From: a virus
Lineage: Duplodnaviria > Caudoviricetes
Strand: one strand, 5' to 3'
Virus record (IMG/VR): IMGVR_UViG_3300028833_000075
Span: 86,579 to 150,578 of that record
Length of the DNA: 64,000 nt
The notes beneath the pieces are model-generated. The model was not told the DNA's origin, made no database searches, and worked only from the letters and a program-made list of their open reading frames with translations. The stretch's first letter is position 1. The number at the start of each line of letters is the position of its first letter. Positions 47,318 through 57,602 of the stretch are shown in pieces. Position numbers and translations under genes: made by a program.

Positions 47318-49027
47318 ATGTCAGAAAAAAGCTATCTCAAAAATCAGATCAAATTAGTAAGTCTTAACGCAAATGATACATTCACAGACGAAGAGTACGA
47401 TAAATACTTAGAAATCATTTCGTACGTGAATGAAATCGACAAACTTGATGCCAGCGAACTAACAGAAGACGCAGTTCGAAAGAAAGAATTAATTGCAAAG
47501 AAAAAGATTGCATCCAGCAAACTTTCTCAAATGATCTGCAAACATAAAGGAACACCAAGAAAAGTTCGTTTGGAATCTGTCATCTTTCATAAGAAAGATG
47601 AAGAAATTCCGGATGGAGTAACATGGCAAAACCTTAAACTATCCAAGAAAATTGCTGAATTTGAATCTGATATGTCGAGAGCAATGGGTCTTCATACAGA
47701 TGAGCATACGTTTGACAAAATTATTGTCAAATGGAAGAATCTGGATCTTCTTGAACAACTGGTAGTAGACGGATTTACAATGGATTTATTAGTTGACGGA
47801 AAAATAATACAAAAAAAATATCGATATTTTAGCAGTTCAGCCGGTCAACTAAGAACAGATAAAACAGCTTTTCTGTCTGAAGACGTATGGAATCAAATCA
47901 AGAATCGAATTGAGTGTGGTTTGGATTGGGATACAATTAACGCCAGAGGCGGCGTAAACGTGAATAAAATGCTCGCCTATTGGTCTCTATGCTCTTCTGC
48001 TTCAATTCCATGGCCGGAATTCGACATTGACAAAACAATCGTTATTAACGATTTTGAAGCAGAAGTTACAGATAGAATGCTGTATATCAAGCCAGACTAC
48101 ACAACAGAAGATGCTATTCGTACTGTTGTAATTAATCATACCGATGGAGCAGGAATGTATATTCCTGGGTCCGACGTGATCCCTGTCGATCTCGATGGAA
48201 AAAACTTTATGATGCGTGGACCGACATTTAAAGGTTTATTGTCTCCTTTCTCGGTTCTGGAATTCTGTAAGAAACACGGGATCGAACCAATAATAAAAGA
48301 TCGATGGGGAAAAGTATGGAATATTGAAAAAGATAACATACAAATCATCTTCACAGATAGTCAATTCAAATGTGGCAAACTCTTTACTTCATACGAAGAA
48401 TTTAAAGAGCAATACAAAAAGAATGGTTGTCAGTTTGTTATCGCACAATTCGAAGAAGACTGGCCACCGGACAAAACAATGAACTACCAATTCATTCAGG
48501 CTCTTACAAACTTCACCAATGAAGAGATAAAAGAATTTACCGCTAAAACACACAGAAGAATCATGAATCTCGCTAAAGATCCTGCTTCAATGTTAAGTGC
48601 ATTAAAAGCAAAAGAAGATTCTTATCTTAAAGATAAGATAGCTCTTTCGATATATCCAGAACTTCTGCGTGACGGATATAGCAGAGCCCAATTGAAAGAC
48701 GTTAAGAAAAGAATGCTTCTTGATGCCAAGTCAGGTACAATCAGGTGTAAAAATAAAAGGTTGTACGTTGTTCCCGACTGGTATGCGGCTTGCGAGCACT
48801 GGTTTCTCAATCTTGAAAAACCGGATGGGCTGCTTGAAAAAGATGAAGTAGGATGTTCAATTTATAAAAAAGACTACGAAAAAGCTGACGTGTTAAGATC
48901 TCCAAGCTTGTATATGGAACATTGCGTCGTCAGGATCTCGAAAAATCCTGAGGTATATAAGTGGTTATGCAGTGACGGAATCTATACATCTGTAAAATCA
49001 CTTATTAGTCGCGTGCTCCAGTTCGAT
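47318..49027 (+). CDS. YonO-like RNA polymerase #2, exon 1
   Basis: SSAGQLR, TDGAG, RGPTFKG, LRSP; ends ...LQFD at the intron (570 codons). Confidence 0.85.
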
Positions 49028-49742
49028 CAACGGTCGAATTAAAACGCAGTGAACCCAGAAATCTGGGGTGTCCGAAAGGGCTAACGGCGAAAGCTAAACC
49101 GAAAGGCATGCTAACGTTCGTGCTAAGTTCAGACATATAGCTTCACGAAGAAAGGTGAAGTTATGAAAAAAGAAATTGAATACAAAGGAACACATGTTAT
49201 TGTTTCGGATAACGGTACAATTATCTGGAATAATAAAATTAGAAACCATTATCTTAATGGTGATGGATATCCTTGTGTCTCAATCAAAACAGATAAAGGA
49301 TGGAGAATGATAGGTGTAGCAAGGCTTGTTGCATTAGCGTTCATTCCTAATCCTGAAAATCTTTCGGAAGTAGATCATATTAATTTCGATAGAACAGATT
49401 TTTCTATCTCTAATTTAGTTTGGATTTCACACAAAGAAAATGTTCGGAGAAGCGTTGTGAACAAACCGGATATACGCGGAGAAAAGAATCTAAACTACGG
49501 CAATAGAAAATTAAGTCAGTTCTATAAAGATCATCCGGAAATCGCAAAACAGAAACAAGGCCGACCTGGAAAACAAAATGGCAGGTATATTAACGGCCGC
49601 TATATGTCTGAAAAAGTGTAACGACTATCCCGAAAGGGAGTACATGACTGGTGAAACTCCAGCGTGGAAGCGCTGCGGCAGCGAAAGCTGTATGAAATAG
49701 TCTAATCCCCTAATAAATATCGGGAAACCGAGGGTATAAATG
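49028..49742 (+). mobile_element. group I intron with HNH endonuclease
   Basis: P1 TTCGAT/GTCGAA with U:G at the splice site; P10 CAAC/GTTG; AACGACTA and ATAGTCTA core (R/S) elements; terminal G; splicing restores FDVDGD in frame. Confidence 0.9.
49163..49621 (+). CDS. intron-encoded HNH homing endonuclease
   Basis: VSDNG, GY..V, RLVALAFIPNP, EVDHINFDRTD..ISNLVW..HKEN. Confidence 0.85.
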   Translation: MKKEIEYKGTHVIVSDNGTIIWNNKIRNHYLNGDGYPCVSIKTDKGWRMIGVARLVALAFIPNPENLSEVDHINFDRTDFSISNLVWISHKENVRRSVVNKPDIRGEKNLNYGNRKLSQFYKDHPEIAKQKQGRPGKQNGRYINGRYMSEKV

Positions 49743-50879
49743 GTTGATGGAGATCAGCTTAATGTAGTTGTAGATCCAACTATTGTTTCTGTTGCAGAAA
49801 GGAATATTAAGGAATTTGATGTTATTCCTTTATTCTATGATGCAACAAAAGCTCCAGCTGAAATGATCTCAAAAGAAACAATATTTAACGGTCTTAAGAG
49901 AGCGCACCAGTTCTCAAACATCGGTGAAATAAGTAATATGTTAACCCGTCTTTGGAATAGAGATAATCCGGATAGACATGCTGCTGCATTATTGACTTAT
50001 CTGAATAACCTTCGTATAGACGGTGCAAAAACAGGAAGAGTCAATGAATATACTAATTATCCGGAAACAGAAAAACAAATAAACAAAGCGACGGGTGGAC
50101 CAAATGGAAGAATGCCTTATTTCTTCCAGTTTTCTAAAAATGGTCGCCGTGACATCACAACTCACCGCAAAAAGAAAAGACAATGGGCGAAACCAAACAA
50201 TTCAACAATGAATCGGATCTGCAAAGCATTCGATGATATTGGAAACATCAATATGAATTGGGCTGGTATCCCGGCGTTTAATTGGCAAATGCTTTTGTCT
50301 GAACCGTGTCTCCACAATCGTATGGATATAATTGAGGAATTCTGCGATCTGGATAATATTAAAGTGTCCTTATCTATTACCAGCGCAGAAGAAAGTCCCG
50401 CAGAAAAAGAGCTTGTTGATAATAACACGATTATTGACGAGCATATATTCAATACGCTTACGAAAAAGTTTGGTTCAATTAGTATTTGCTATCCGTATAT
50501 CGTAAAGTATTTATTTGCTGGAGACGGGGCTGCAAAATCATCTCATAAACAAACTTTCTGGCGAATCTTTGGTGATATTGCAATCAAAAACATTAAGAAC
50601 AACCTGAGAGATTGCACCATCTGTCCTGAATGTGGTGCAAAAATTCCTTCGTGGGCTACGTCCCATACTTGCCCTAAGAATATTCAGGGGTTCTATGAAT
50701 GTATAGATTGCGGGAAACTTTGTGAAAGAATCAACTCGCGTCAGCAAAGATGCCCTGAGTGTCAGGAACATCACCGTTACGATCTGAGACATATCAGTCG
50801 AAAGAAAACCCAGAAAGAAAAAGAGGAGCGTGGACGACAATTTACTACTTTCTTGCGATTACGGAACAAAAGGATGTAA
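49743..50879 (+). CDS. YonO-like RNA polymerase #2, exon 2
   Basis: starts VDGDQL; IDGAKT, MPYFFQF, STMNRI; C-terminal Zn ribbons (CPECG, CIDCG, CPEC). Confidence 0.85.
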   Translation, partial: VDGDQLNVVVDPTIVSVAERNIKEFDVIPLFYDATKAPAEMISKETIFNGLKRAHQFSNIGEISNMLTRLWNRDNPDRHAAALLTYLNNLRIDGAKTGRVNEYTNYPETEKQINKATGGPNGRMPYFFQFSKNGRRDITTHRKKKRQWAKPNNSTMNRICKAFDDIGNINMNWAGIPAFNWQMLLSEPCLHNRMDIIEEFCDLDNIKVSLSITSAEESPAEKELVDNNTIIDEHIFNTLTKKFGSISICYPYIVKYLFAGDGAAKSSHKQTFWRIFGDIAIKNIKNNLRDCTICPECGAKIPSWATSHTCPKNIQGFYECIDCGKLCERINSRQQRCPECQEHHRYDLRHISRKKTQKEKEERGRQFTTFLRLRNKRM

Positions 50880-51385
50880 TAAACGGAACATTTTGGCCTG
50901 CTTACGTATTATGTCAGTCTTATACGACATCTGAAAAACGCTCTGGTTACAGAATTATAAAGATTGAAGATGGGGTTCAATTAAGGCCAAATCCAAGATT
51001 GCTTTTTACTGAGACGACTGGTCATGAGGACATGATTAATTTCATGTCCTCTTACCAGACTCAGGACAAGAAAGGTAAGCATTATCATCCGCATGGTTTT
51101 CTTTGTTGGTATGGATGTAACAAATACGGAGAAATGAACGGCTTCATTCAACCAATTAAACGTGTGCCTGAATATGTATGGATTTTCGATTTTCAGAATA
51201 AAGGCTATCAAAGACTGAAAAAAGATCAATCCGTCGTTCCTAAGTTAAACGACATCGTTTCAAAGGAGCCTCGCGGCTCACCGTACGAAATGGCAAACGT
51301 AAAACCCATACTGAGCCAAACTTCAAAACGAGAAATTAAAAGGAGAAACAAAAATGCCAGCAGCAAAAAAGACAGAAACAAATGA
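50759..51385 (+). CDS. hypothetical protein (start uncertain, overlaps the RNAP end)
   Basis: long ORF filling the gap to the next gene. Confidence 0.45.
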   Translation: MSGTSPLRSETYQSKENPERKRGAWTTIYYFLAITEQKDVINGTFWPAYVLCQSYTTSEKRSGYRIIKIEDGVQLRPNPRLLFTETTGHEDMINFMSSYQTQDKKGKHYHPHGFLCWYGCNKYGEMNGFIQPIKRVPEYVWIFDFQNKGYQRLKKDQSVVPKLNDIVSKEPRGSPYEMANVKPILSQTSKREIKRRNKNASSKKDRNK

Positions 51386-52136
51386 CACTCAACTTCAGAA
51401 AAACGTTCGGTTTTACCACAGATTCATGGAAACTCCGAAGGACGCACAGAAGTCGTTTAACAACGGTCGATTCAGCGGCACGGATATTAATCCGATGTGG
51501 CGAATCAAGATCCTTACTGAAGTGTTTGGCCCGTCCGGATTCGGATGGTGGACTCAGAACGTCCGTTACGAATTTGTGGAAGCAAATGTAACGCCGCCAG
51601 ATGCAAAACAGGAACAGAAGGAGACTTCTGTGTTCTGTGAGCTGGAACTTATAGTAAAAGATCCTGAAACCGGAGAAGTAAGTCAGCCAATTTATGGCGT
51701 AGGCGGTAACACATACATCGCATGGAGTAAGTATGGCCCAAGAGCTTCGGACGAAGCTAAGAAGATGGCTTATACTGATGCTCTGTCTATCGCCTGCAAG
51801 AGTCTTGGAATTGGTCACGACATTTGGTATTCAAATGATCGCACGAAGTATACGATTAACGACACTTCTGTTCCTCAGGTAGAAAAGACTGCAGAAAAGA
51901 CCAAACCCGTTATTGCAAATACCGCAGAACAGTCAGTTGAACACACTGTTGATACGGCAACAGTAATTGATGAAATCGCAAAGAAGCTTGATGAAATCGG
52001 AACGAAAATGAGCACGAAAGAAGAAAAGCTCGCGTTTGCAAAAGACAATATTCTTCCGATTATTGGCAGCATGAATTACAAGAGTTGCACTGATATTAAC
52101 AAACTAATTGCGTTGAGAGATAAGCTTAGTGCATAA
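51354..52136 (+). CDS. Rad52/Sak-like single-strand annealing protein
   Basis: TDINPMWRIKILTEVFGP.GFGW, GVGG, DEAKKMAYTDALSIACKSLGIG. Confidence 0.8.
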   Translation: MPAAKKTETNDTQLQKNVRFYHRFMETPKDAQKSFNNGRFSGTDINPMWRIKILTEVFGPSGFGWWTQNVRYEFVEANVTPPDAKQEQKETSVFCELELIVKDPETGEVSQPIYGVGGNTYIAWSKYGPRASDEAKKMAYTDALSIACKSLGIGHDIWYSNDRTKYTINDTSVPQVEKTAEKTKPVIANTAEQSVEHTVDTATVIDEIAKKLDEIGTKMSTKEEKLAFAKDNILPIIGSMNYKSCTDINKLIALRDKLSA

Positions 52137-52203
52137 AACCGTCGGCAGCTTGAAACACAGCTGCCGACTTTAAATTATCTATTGATAAAAGGAGATAAAA
52201 ACA

Positions 52204-52596
52204 ATGGCAAATAATGCTCGTATTAGTTTATTCGGAACGGTTCTTCAGGAACCCACCAACAAGCAGGTTAACAACTCTACCGTATTCTCTATGCGCGTAG
52301 GAGTGCAGACAACCAAGAAACAGGAGGGTTCTCAGTGGCCCGCAAGTGATGTTTATGATGTTGCAGTATGGGGCAAACCTGGAGAAGCCCTTATCAGTAA
52401 GATCAAAGCAAAGACAAAGGTTTGGGTAACAGGAGATTTTATGGTTGGCGAGCCATGGAAGGATCGCCAGGGCAAAGAACATCTTTCCCTTCGAGTTAAC
52501 GCATCTCATGTGGTAGTGACAAGTGGCGGAAATTATACAAACAACTCAAACAATAATCAGCAGGCTCCCGAAGTAGAAGAAGAAGCTCCATTCTAA
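52204..52596 (+). CDS. ssb: single-stranded DNA-binding protein (3 of 3)
   Basis: OB fold, YDVAVWGK, acidic tail EEEAPF. Confidence 0.8.
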   Translation: MANNARISLFGTVLQEPTNKQVNNSTVFSMRVGVQTTKKQEGSQWPASDVYDVAVWGKPGEALISKIKAKTKVWVTGDFMVGEPWKDRQGKEHLSLRVNASHVVVTSGGNYTNNSNNNQQAPEVEEEAPF

Positions 52597-52786
52597 GATT
52601 GTTCATGCTTAGGAGAAATCCTCTCTTGGTGTCATCGGGAGAACTGTAACGGTACACGTCGAAGCGCGCGCCAACAACGAAGGCGGCACACCCCGGCCTT
52701 CTGTTGGCGCTCTTCGCAGCGAAATGTGCTGCGAAGGCTTCCATACAATTTGAAATTCAGATGGCATCTTAGAAAAGGAGATTTTT

Positions 52787-54637
52787 ATGGATAGCATTGC
52801 AAACGCAGTTATCGATCTTGCTAATAAACACTTTGGAGAATATAAAATAAGAAACGGACAGGTAATTCCAAACTATTGTCCTATTTGTCATGGTGGAAAT
52901 AGTCACGATAAGGAAACGTTCGCAGTCGGAATGTATAACGGCGCATTCAATTGCAAACGTGGAAGTTGTTCAGGAATTAATGGAAGCAGAGATGGAAACT
53001 TCAAACAGCTTTGCAATTATTTTGGAGAAACAGCATTTGAATTTTCTGCTTTGCCGCAGTCTATTCGTGCGGCGAAGAAGGTTTATGTTAAACCTGATCC
53101 TGAGAAGCTGCATCCGATCACAGATGAAATAATCACTTACTTTTCAACTCGTGGAATCTCAGCAGATACACTGGAAGACTTCAAAATCTGTTCTGATGAA
53201 AAAGGAAATATTGTATTTCCATTCTATAGAAACGATGAATTAATCTACGTAAAATACCGGAAACCAAAGAAGCATACAAAAGAAGATGGACCTAAAGAGT
53301 GGCAGGACACAAACACAGAACCAATCTTGTTTGGTATGGATAATGTTGCATACAACAAGCCGCTGGTAATTACCGAAGGCGAAATTGATGCGTTGTCTGT
53401 ATATGAGGCAGGCGTTCATAACGTAGTGTCTGTTCCGTGCGGCTGTTCGAACCTTGAATGGATTACTCTTTGCTGGGAATGGCTGGAAAAATTCAATGAA
53501 ATTATTCTCTTTGGTGATTCAGATGAACCCGGAATGGAAATGGTTACAACTCTGATGAAACGGCTGGGCGAAGACAGGTGCATGATTCCGAAAGAATATC
53601 CGGAGCTGGTTTTTAATGGAAAGCCGTATAATAGGATCTGCAAAGACGCCAATGAAATATTAATGTGCTACGGTCCGGAGGGATTAAAAGCTCTTATAGA
53701 TGCTTGCGAACCGGCTCCTATCAAAGGAGTTCTGGATGTAAGCACAATCAACTATGTTGATCCAGCAACAGTTCCGAGGATTATGACTAAGATCCCCGCA
53801 CTGGATAATATGATCGGCGGCTTTGAAGAAGCAGGCGTAACAATTGTTTCTGGAAAAAGAGGAGAAGGCAAGTCTACTATTACTTCCACCTTTGCGCTCT
53901 CTGCAATTGAACAGGGACATAAAGTTTGTGTTTACTCTGGTGAGCTGTCGTCTAACAGGTTTCTTGAGTGGATTATGCTACCCGCAACAGAAAGCAGGTT
54001 TGTTTCCTATCGTACTGATCCAAGATCCGGCAAAAGAATTTGCTACGTGCCAAATGAAATCCAGCAGAGAATCCGTGATTGGATGGCCGGAAAAATATAT
54101 TTGTTTGATAACGGATATGTGTTCGAAGAAGAACAGTGTACGGCTGTGTTAAAGTGTTTCGAAATGTGCGCAAGAAGGTACGGTTGTGATCTGTTCATCA
54201 TTGATAATATCATGAGCCTACTGACTACGGCCGACGAAGAAAACAAAGCACAGGCAAGATTTATGGCAAAGGTAAAAGCATTTGCAAGCAAGTTTAAAGT
54301 TCATGTAATCACGATTGCTCATCCTCGTAAGGAAAAGGCGGACTCCACTTTTACGTCAGACAGTGTATCGGGAAGTTCGGTGATAACAAATCTTGCAGAT
54401 AATGTATTCTGTATTGAAAAGCCTAATATTCGGGTTACCAAAAATCGTTCTTTCGGAGAGACTGGATATATTCCCTGTGACTATGATCCTGTAAACCGAA
54501 GAATTTATCAGAAAAGTATTGGCGACAGAACAATCTACGGCTGGGATCATCATGGAATTAAAGAACCAGAAGATCAGGCTTGTCTGCTTCCGGAGTTCCA
54601 GGTTCAGCCAGGAGAAAATCAATCAGCACCATTTTAA
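52787..54637 (+). CDS. primase-helicase (T7 gp4/Twinkle-like)
   Basis: CPIC Zn finger, TEGEIDALS, DSDEPG, KDANE (TOPRIM); GKRGEGKS, IIDN, AHPRK (SF4 helicase). Confidence 0.92.
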   Translation: MDSIANAVIDLANKHFGEYKIRNGQVIPNYCPICHGGNSHDKETFAVGMYNGAFNCKRGSCSGINGSRDGNFKQLCNYFGETAFEFSALPQSIRAAKKVYVKPDPEKLHPITDEIITYFSTRGISADTLEDFKICSDEKGNIVFPFYRNDELIYVKYRKPKKHTKEDGPKEWQDTNTEPILFGMDNVAYNKPLVITEGEIDALSVYEAGVHNVVSVPCGCSNLEWITLCWEWLEKFNEIILFGDSDEPGMEMVTTLMKRLGEDRCMIPKEYPELVFNGKPYNRICKDANEILMCYGPEGLKALIDACEPAPIKGVLDVSTINYVDPATVPRIMTKIPALDNMIGGFEEAGVTIVSGKRGEGKSTITSTFALSAIEQGHKVCVYSGELSSNRFLEWIMLPATESRFVSYRTDPRSGKRICYVPNEIQQRIRDWMAGKIYLFDNGYVFEEEQCTAVLKCFEMCARRYGCDLFIIDNIMSLLTTADEENKAQARFMAKVKAFASKFKVHVITIAHPRKEKADSTFTSDSVSGSSVITNLADNVFCIEKPNIRVTKNRSFGETGYIPCDYDPVNRRIYQKSIGDRTIYGWDHHGIKEPEDQACLLPEFQVQPGENQSAPF

Positions 54638-54641
54638 AACT

Positions 54642-54777
54642 AATGCGGTGGCGGAATAGATAGACGCTATACCGGGTAGGATGAAGTGTTTGCGTCCCGG
54701 CATGTGAGACTTCTAATGGCAGCTTGGCTATACTGCAAGCATGTGAGGTGACAGAAATTCAAATCCTCACCCGCATT
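54642..54777 (+). ncRNA. tRNA-like element, copy 6 (T-loop insertion)
   Basis: AATGCGG/CCGCATT; TGGCGGAATAGATAGACGC; GTGAG-GTG[acagaaatt]CAAAT-CCTCAC. Confidence 0.6.
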
Positions 54778-54984
54778 TTCGGAGGATATTATTATGAGTG
54801 TTTGCATTTCTAGTGACTGTAAAAAGTATAAAGAATGCAAAAAAGCAGCAATAAATAACGAAGGAATACATACAGCAACAGATAAAGCGCGGCACGTTTC
54901 AGGAACAAGTAACGGAAAAAACGAATACTGGTGCGGTGAAAAAGGCAATTATAAATTATTCGTTCCAATGAAATAGGAGAAGCT

Positions 54985-55545
54985 ATGCATAATATTGAAC
55001 ACTATAATTATCCTGAAAAAGTAAATAAGAAAGAAGTTCAGGCAGAACTTAATGATTATGTAAGTCATGAAACATGGCAGGAAGGCGGCGGTGGAATCGA
55101 CCCAATCCGTTGGAACGATTATGTCTGCTCTTCCTATAAAGAAGCTGAAGAGTGGATTAAGAAACACGATAAAGGATGGTACGATCAAGTTGCTGTCAAA
55201 TATTATTCTCCAATTAAAACAAAAACGGCCAAAGTTGACGAACTTGAAGTAAAGATTCTTGATTCTTATAGGATTTATACAGAACGAAACAATGCATGCT
55301 ATCCTAAAACAAGGACTTCAGAATTTATCGGATGTTCTAAATGTAAAAGCCGTCTGGCAACTAAGTATTTATCTGGGAATTTCTGCCCGGTTTGCCGTGC
55401 AGACCTTCGACCTGAATCAACACTCAAGTCTATCATCGCAGCCGAAAATAAATGGAAAAACGCCGTGAAGATGAGAGAAGAATACATAGACAAACATAGC
55501 AAGAAAGAAATTCGATGGCTCGTAAAAATTGAATATCATACTTAA
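54985..55545 (+). CDS. Zn-ribbon hypothetical protein
   Basis: CSKCKS...CPVC; AGGAG RBS. Confidence 0.65.
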   Translation: MHNIEHYNYPEKVNKKEVQAELNDYVSHETWQEGGGGIDPIRWNDYVCSSYKEAEEWIKKHDKGWYDQVAVKYYSPIKTKTAKVDELEVKILDSYRIYTERNNACYPKTRTSEFIGCSKCKSRLATKYLSGNFCPVCRADLRPESTLKSIIAAENKWKNAVKMREEYIDKHSKKEIRWLVKIEYHT

Positions 55546-55719
55546 GGAGCAGATTATGTCAATTCATATTCAATTTGAAAATGGAAGTAATCCATATGTT
55601 CGGTATAATATGACAGATAATGAATTTACGGAAGAACTTGAAAAATGGCAAAAGAATTATAACCTCATTCTAACTTCTATGTTTGGAACAATATATTCAT
55701 ACATTGCTAAGGAGAAAAC

Positions 55720-56115
55720 ATGAATAAAGACTACATAAAAAGAGACATGATTATCTTTGGTGGATATGATCGAAAGTCTTATATGGGTGGCTGTAAAAAT
55801 TTCCATTGTTCATATGCAACAATGGAAAAGCTTGTTGAAGAAAATTTTATAGAATTGGATGAATGTCAGAATTATTCTCCTTACACAAGAGACTTTATGG
55901 ACGTTTTAAAAGACGTTGACAATGTAGAATTTACTGGGTATGCAATTAGCCCGGACAGAGAAGATTATCGTGTAACGATCGACGGTGTTGATGTTGAAAT
56001 ACAAGATACAGACTTTGATACAGTAAGCATTCTTGTTGAATCTTTTCGCGGAGCGGATGAATTCAGCCTGCAACACGATGGACACTCTTATTATCTTCAT
56101 GCCTGGTGGGATTAA
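55720..56115 (+). CDS. hypothetical phage protein
   Basis: QNYSP...AWWD; AAGGAG RBS. Confidence 0.65.
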   Translation: MNKDYIKRDMIIFGGYDRKSYMGGCKNFHCSYATMEKLVEENFIELDECQNYSPYTRDFMDVLKDVDNVEFTGYAISPDREDYRVTIDGVDVEIQDTDFDTVSILVESFRGADEFSLQHDGHSYYLHAWWD

Positions 56116-56131
56116 AAAGGAGGTTTTGTTT

Positions 56132-56332
56132 ATGAATGTTTTTTTACTGATTGAAGAATATGAACAGGATTCTTTTTTTAATAAAAGGAAAGAACCGGCC
56201 TCTCCGTTCAGCAGCGTTGTAGGTATATATGAAGACAAAAACAAGGCAGAACGAGAAAAAAAACAATTTGAAAGCCAGAAAGAGACTGATGATCAATGTT
56301 CTTACTTCATTGAGGAGAGGCCTCTGTTATGA
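56132..56332 (+). CDS. small hypothetical protein
   Basis: AAGGAGG RBS. Confidence 0.55.
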   Translation: MNVFLLIEEYEQDSFFNKRKEPASPFSSVVGIYEDKNKAEREKKQFESQKETDDQCSYFIEERPLL

Positions 56333-56563
56333 AGTATATAGCTACAATTATTACAGAGGAAAACAGAATTACGGAGATTTTCCTACAATATCTGAAGCAG
56401 CCCATTGGCTGGACGCAGAATGTAACAACCCAAACGCGACAATGTTGATCGAATCTTTTAATGAAAACGGAATTAAAAAAGACGAATTCCTTTATACGAA
56501 TAGAATAAAGTGACTGAAAAATAGAATTACAATTAAACTTCCTATCATGAAAGAAAGAAGACG

Positions 56564-57385
56564 ATGCCTTTGAGCTTATTAAAAACAAATCACAAATATA
56601 GTTATTCACAATTGTCTTCATTTTCAGAATGTCCTTTTGCTTATTATTTAAAACATATCGAAGGCGTCAACGAACAATCTAATGGATTTGCCGAACAAGG
56701 CAGCCTTATTCACGATATTTTAGATAAATGGGCAAAAAAAGAAATTAGAAAAGAAGATATGGCAGCAGAATATGAACGAAGATACAGCGACGAAGTAGTG
56801 ACGCTGTTTCCAAGGATGCTTGCTGCAAAAGGATATTCAGAAAAAACATATCTTCAGGGACTGGAATACTTTAAAAATTTTGATGGTTTTCCAGGATATG
56901 AAGTCGTATCAGCTGAAGAAAAATTCGATCAGCCAATTAAGTTAACGGACGGGACAACTCGTCCGTTTATTGCTTTTGTAGATCTGATCCTTCGGGATGA
57001 GTTTACCGGCGGCTTAGTTATATTCGATCACAAATCAAAGTCATGGACAGAATTTCGGAAACACAGAGACGAGATGTACAAACAGCAATATCTGTATTCA
57101 TATTTTGTTCATGAGAAATATGGCGAATGGCCTTCTGCAACAGCTTTTAATTTATTTAAAGAAGGCGGACGCAAAGATGAACAGGAATTCTCAATGGATG
57201 TTTACAATCAGACAATGCAATGGGCGACTGATGCAATTCACAATATAGAATCTTATGACGTTCTTGACTGGATGGAATGTAAGGAACAAAAGATAAGTAA
57301 AAAGACAGGAAAGCAAGAACCAGATATGTTCTGCAGTGCGATATGTGGAGTACGCGGATCATGTCCTAATTCTATAGCGAGGTAA
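56564..57385 (+). CDS. PD-(D/E)XK (RecB/Cas4-like) exonuclease
   Basis: SYSQLSSFSECP, GSLIHD, FVDLI, IFDHKS, QQYLY, C-terminal Cys cluster. Confidence 0.88.
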   Translation: MPLSLLKTNHKYSYSQLSSFSECPFAYYLKHIEGVNEQSNGFAEQGSLIHDILDKWAKKEIRKEDMAAEYERRYSDEVVTLFPRMLAAKGYSEKTYLQGLEYFKNFDGFPGYEVVSAEEKFDQPIKLTDGTTRPFIAFVDLILRDEFTGGLVIFDHKSKSWTEFRKHRDEMYKQQYLYSYFVHEKYGEWPSATAFNLFKEGGRKDEQEFSMDVYNQTMQWATDAIHNIESYDVLDWMECKEQKISKKTGKQEPDMFCSAICGVRGSCPNSIAR

Positions 57386-57388
57386 ATA

Positions 57389-57598
57389 ATGTACAGACCA
57401 TATACAGATCATACAGCTGATTACGCAACGGGATCAGCAAATGCAGAATGGCGCAGAATGGCCCGATTAGCTTTAAAGATAAGAAGCGGGAGATGCAATC
57501 CGGATTGGGCTGATGAACAAACAGAAAAGTTTACAGGTATTTTTAAACGTCTGTTGACAGATCCGCTTACAGAAGTTGAAGAAGAAGCAAGAGGATAA
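57389..57598 (+). CDS. hypothetical protein
   Basis: GAGG RBS. Confidence 0.55.
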   Translation: MYRPYTDHTADYATGSANAEWRRMARLALKIRSGRCNPDWADEQTEKFTGIFKRLLTDPLTEVEEEARG

Positions 57599-57602
57599 CA
57601 CT

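Noticed and set aside
47318-50879. 574-aa and 379-aa ORFs as separate genes or a frameshifted pseudogene
   Set aside because: They are joined in frame by a group I intron with intact splice signals
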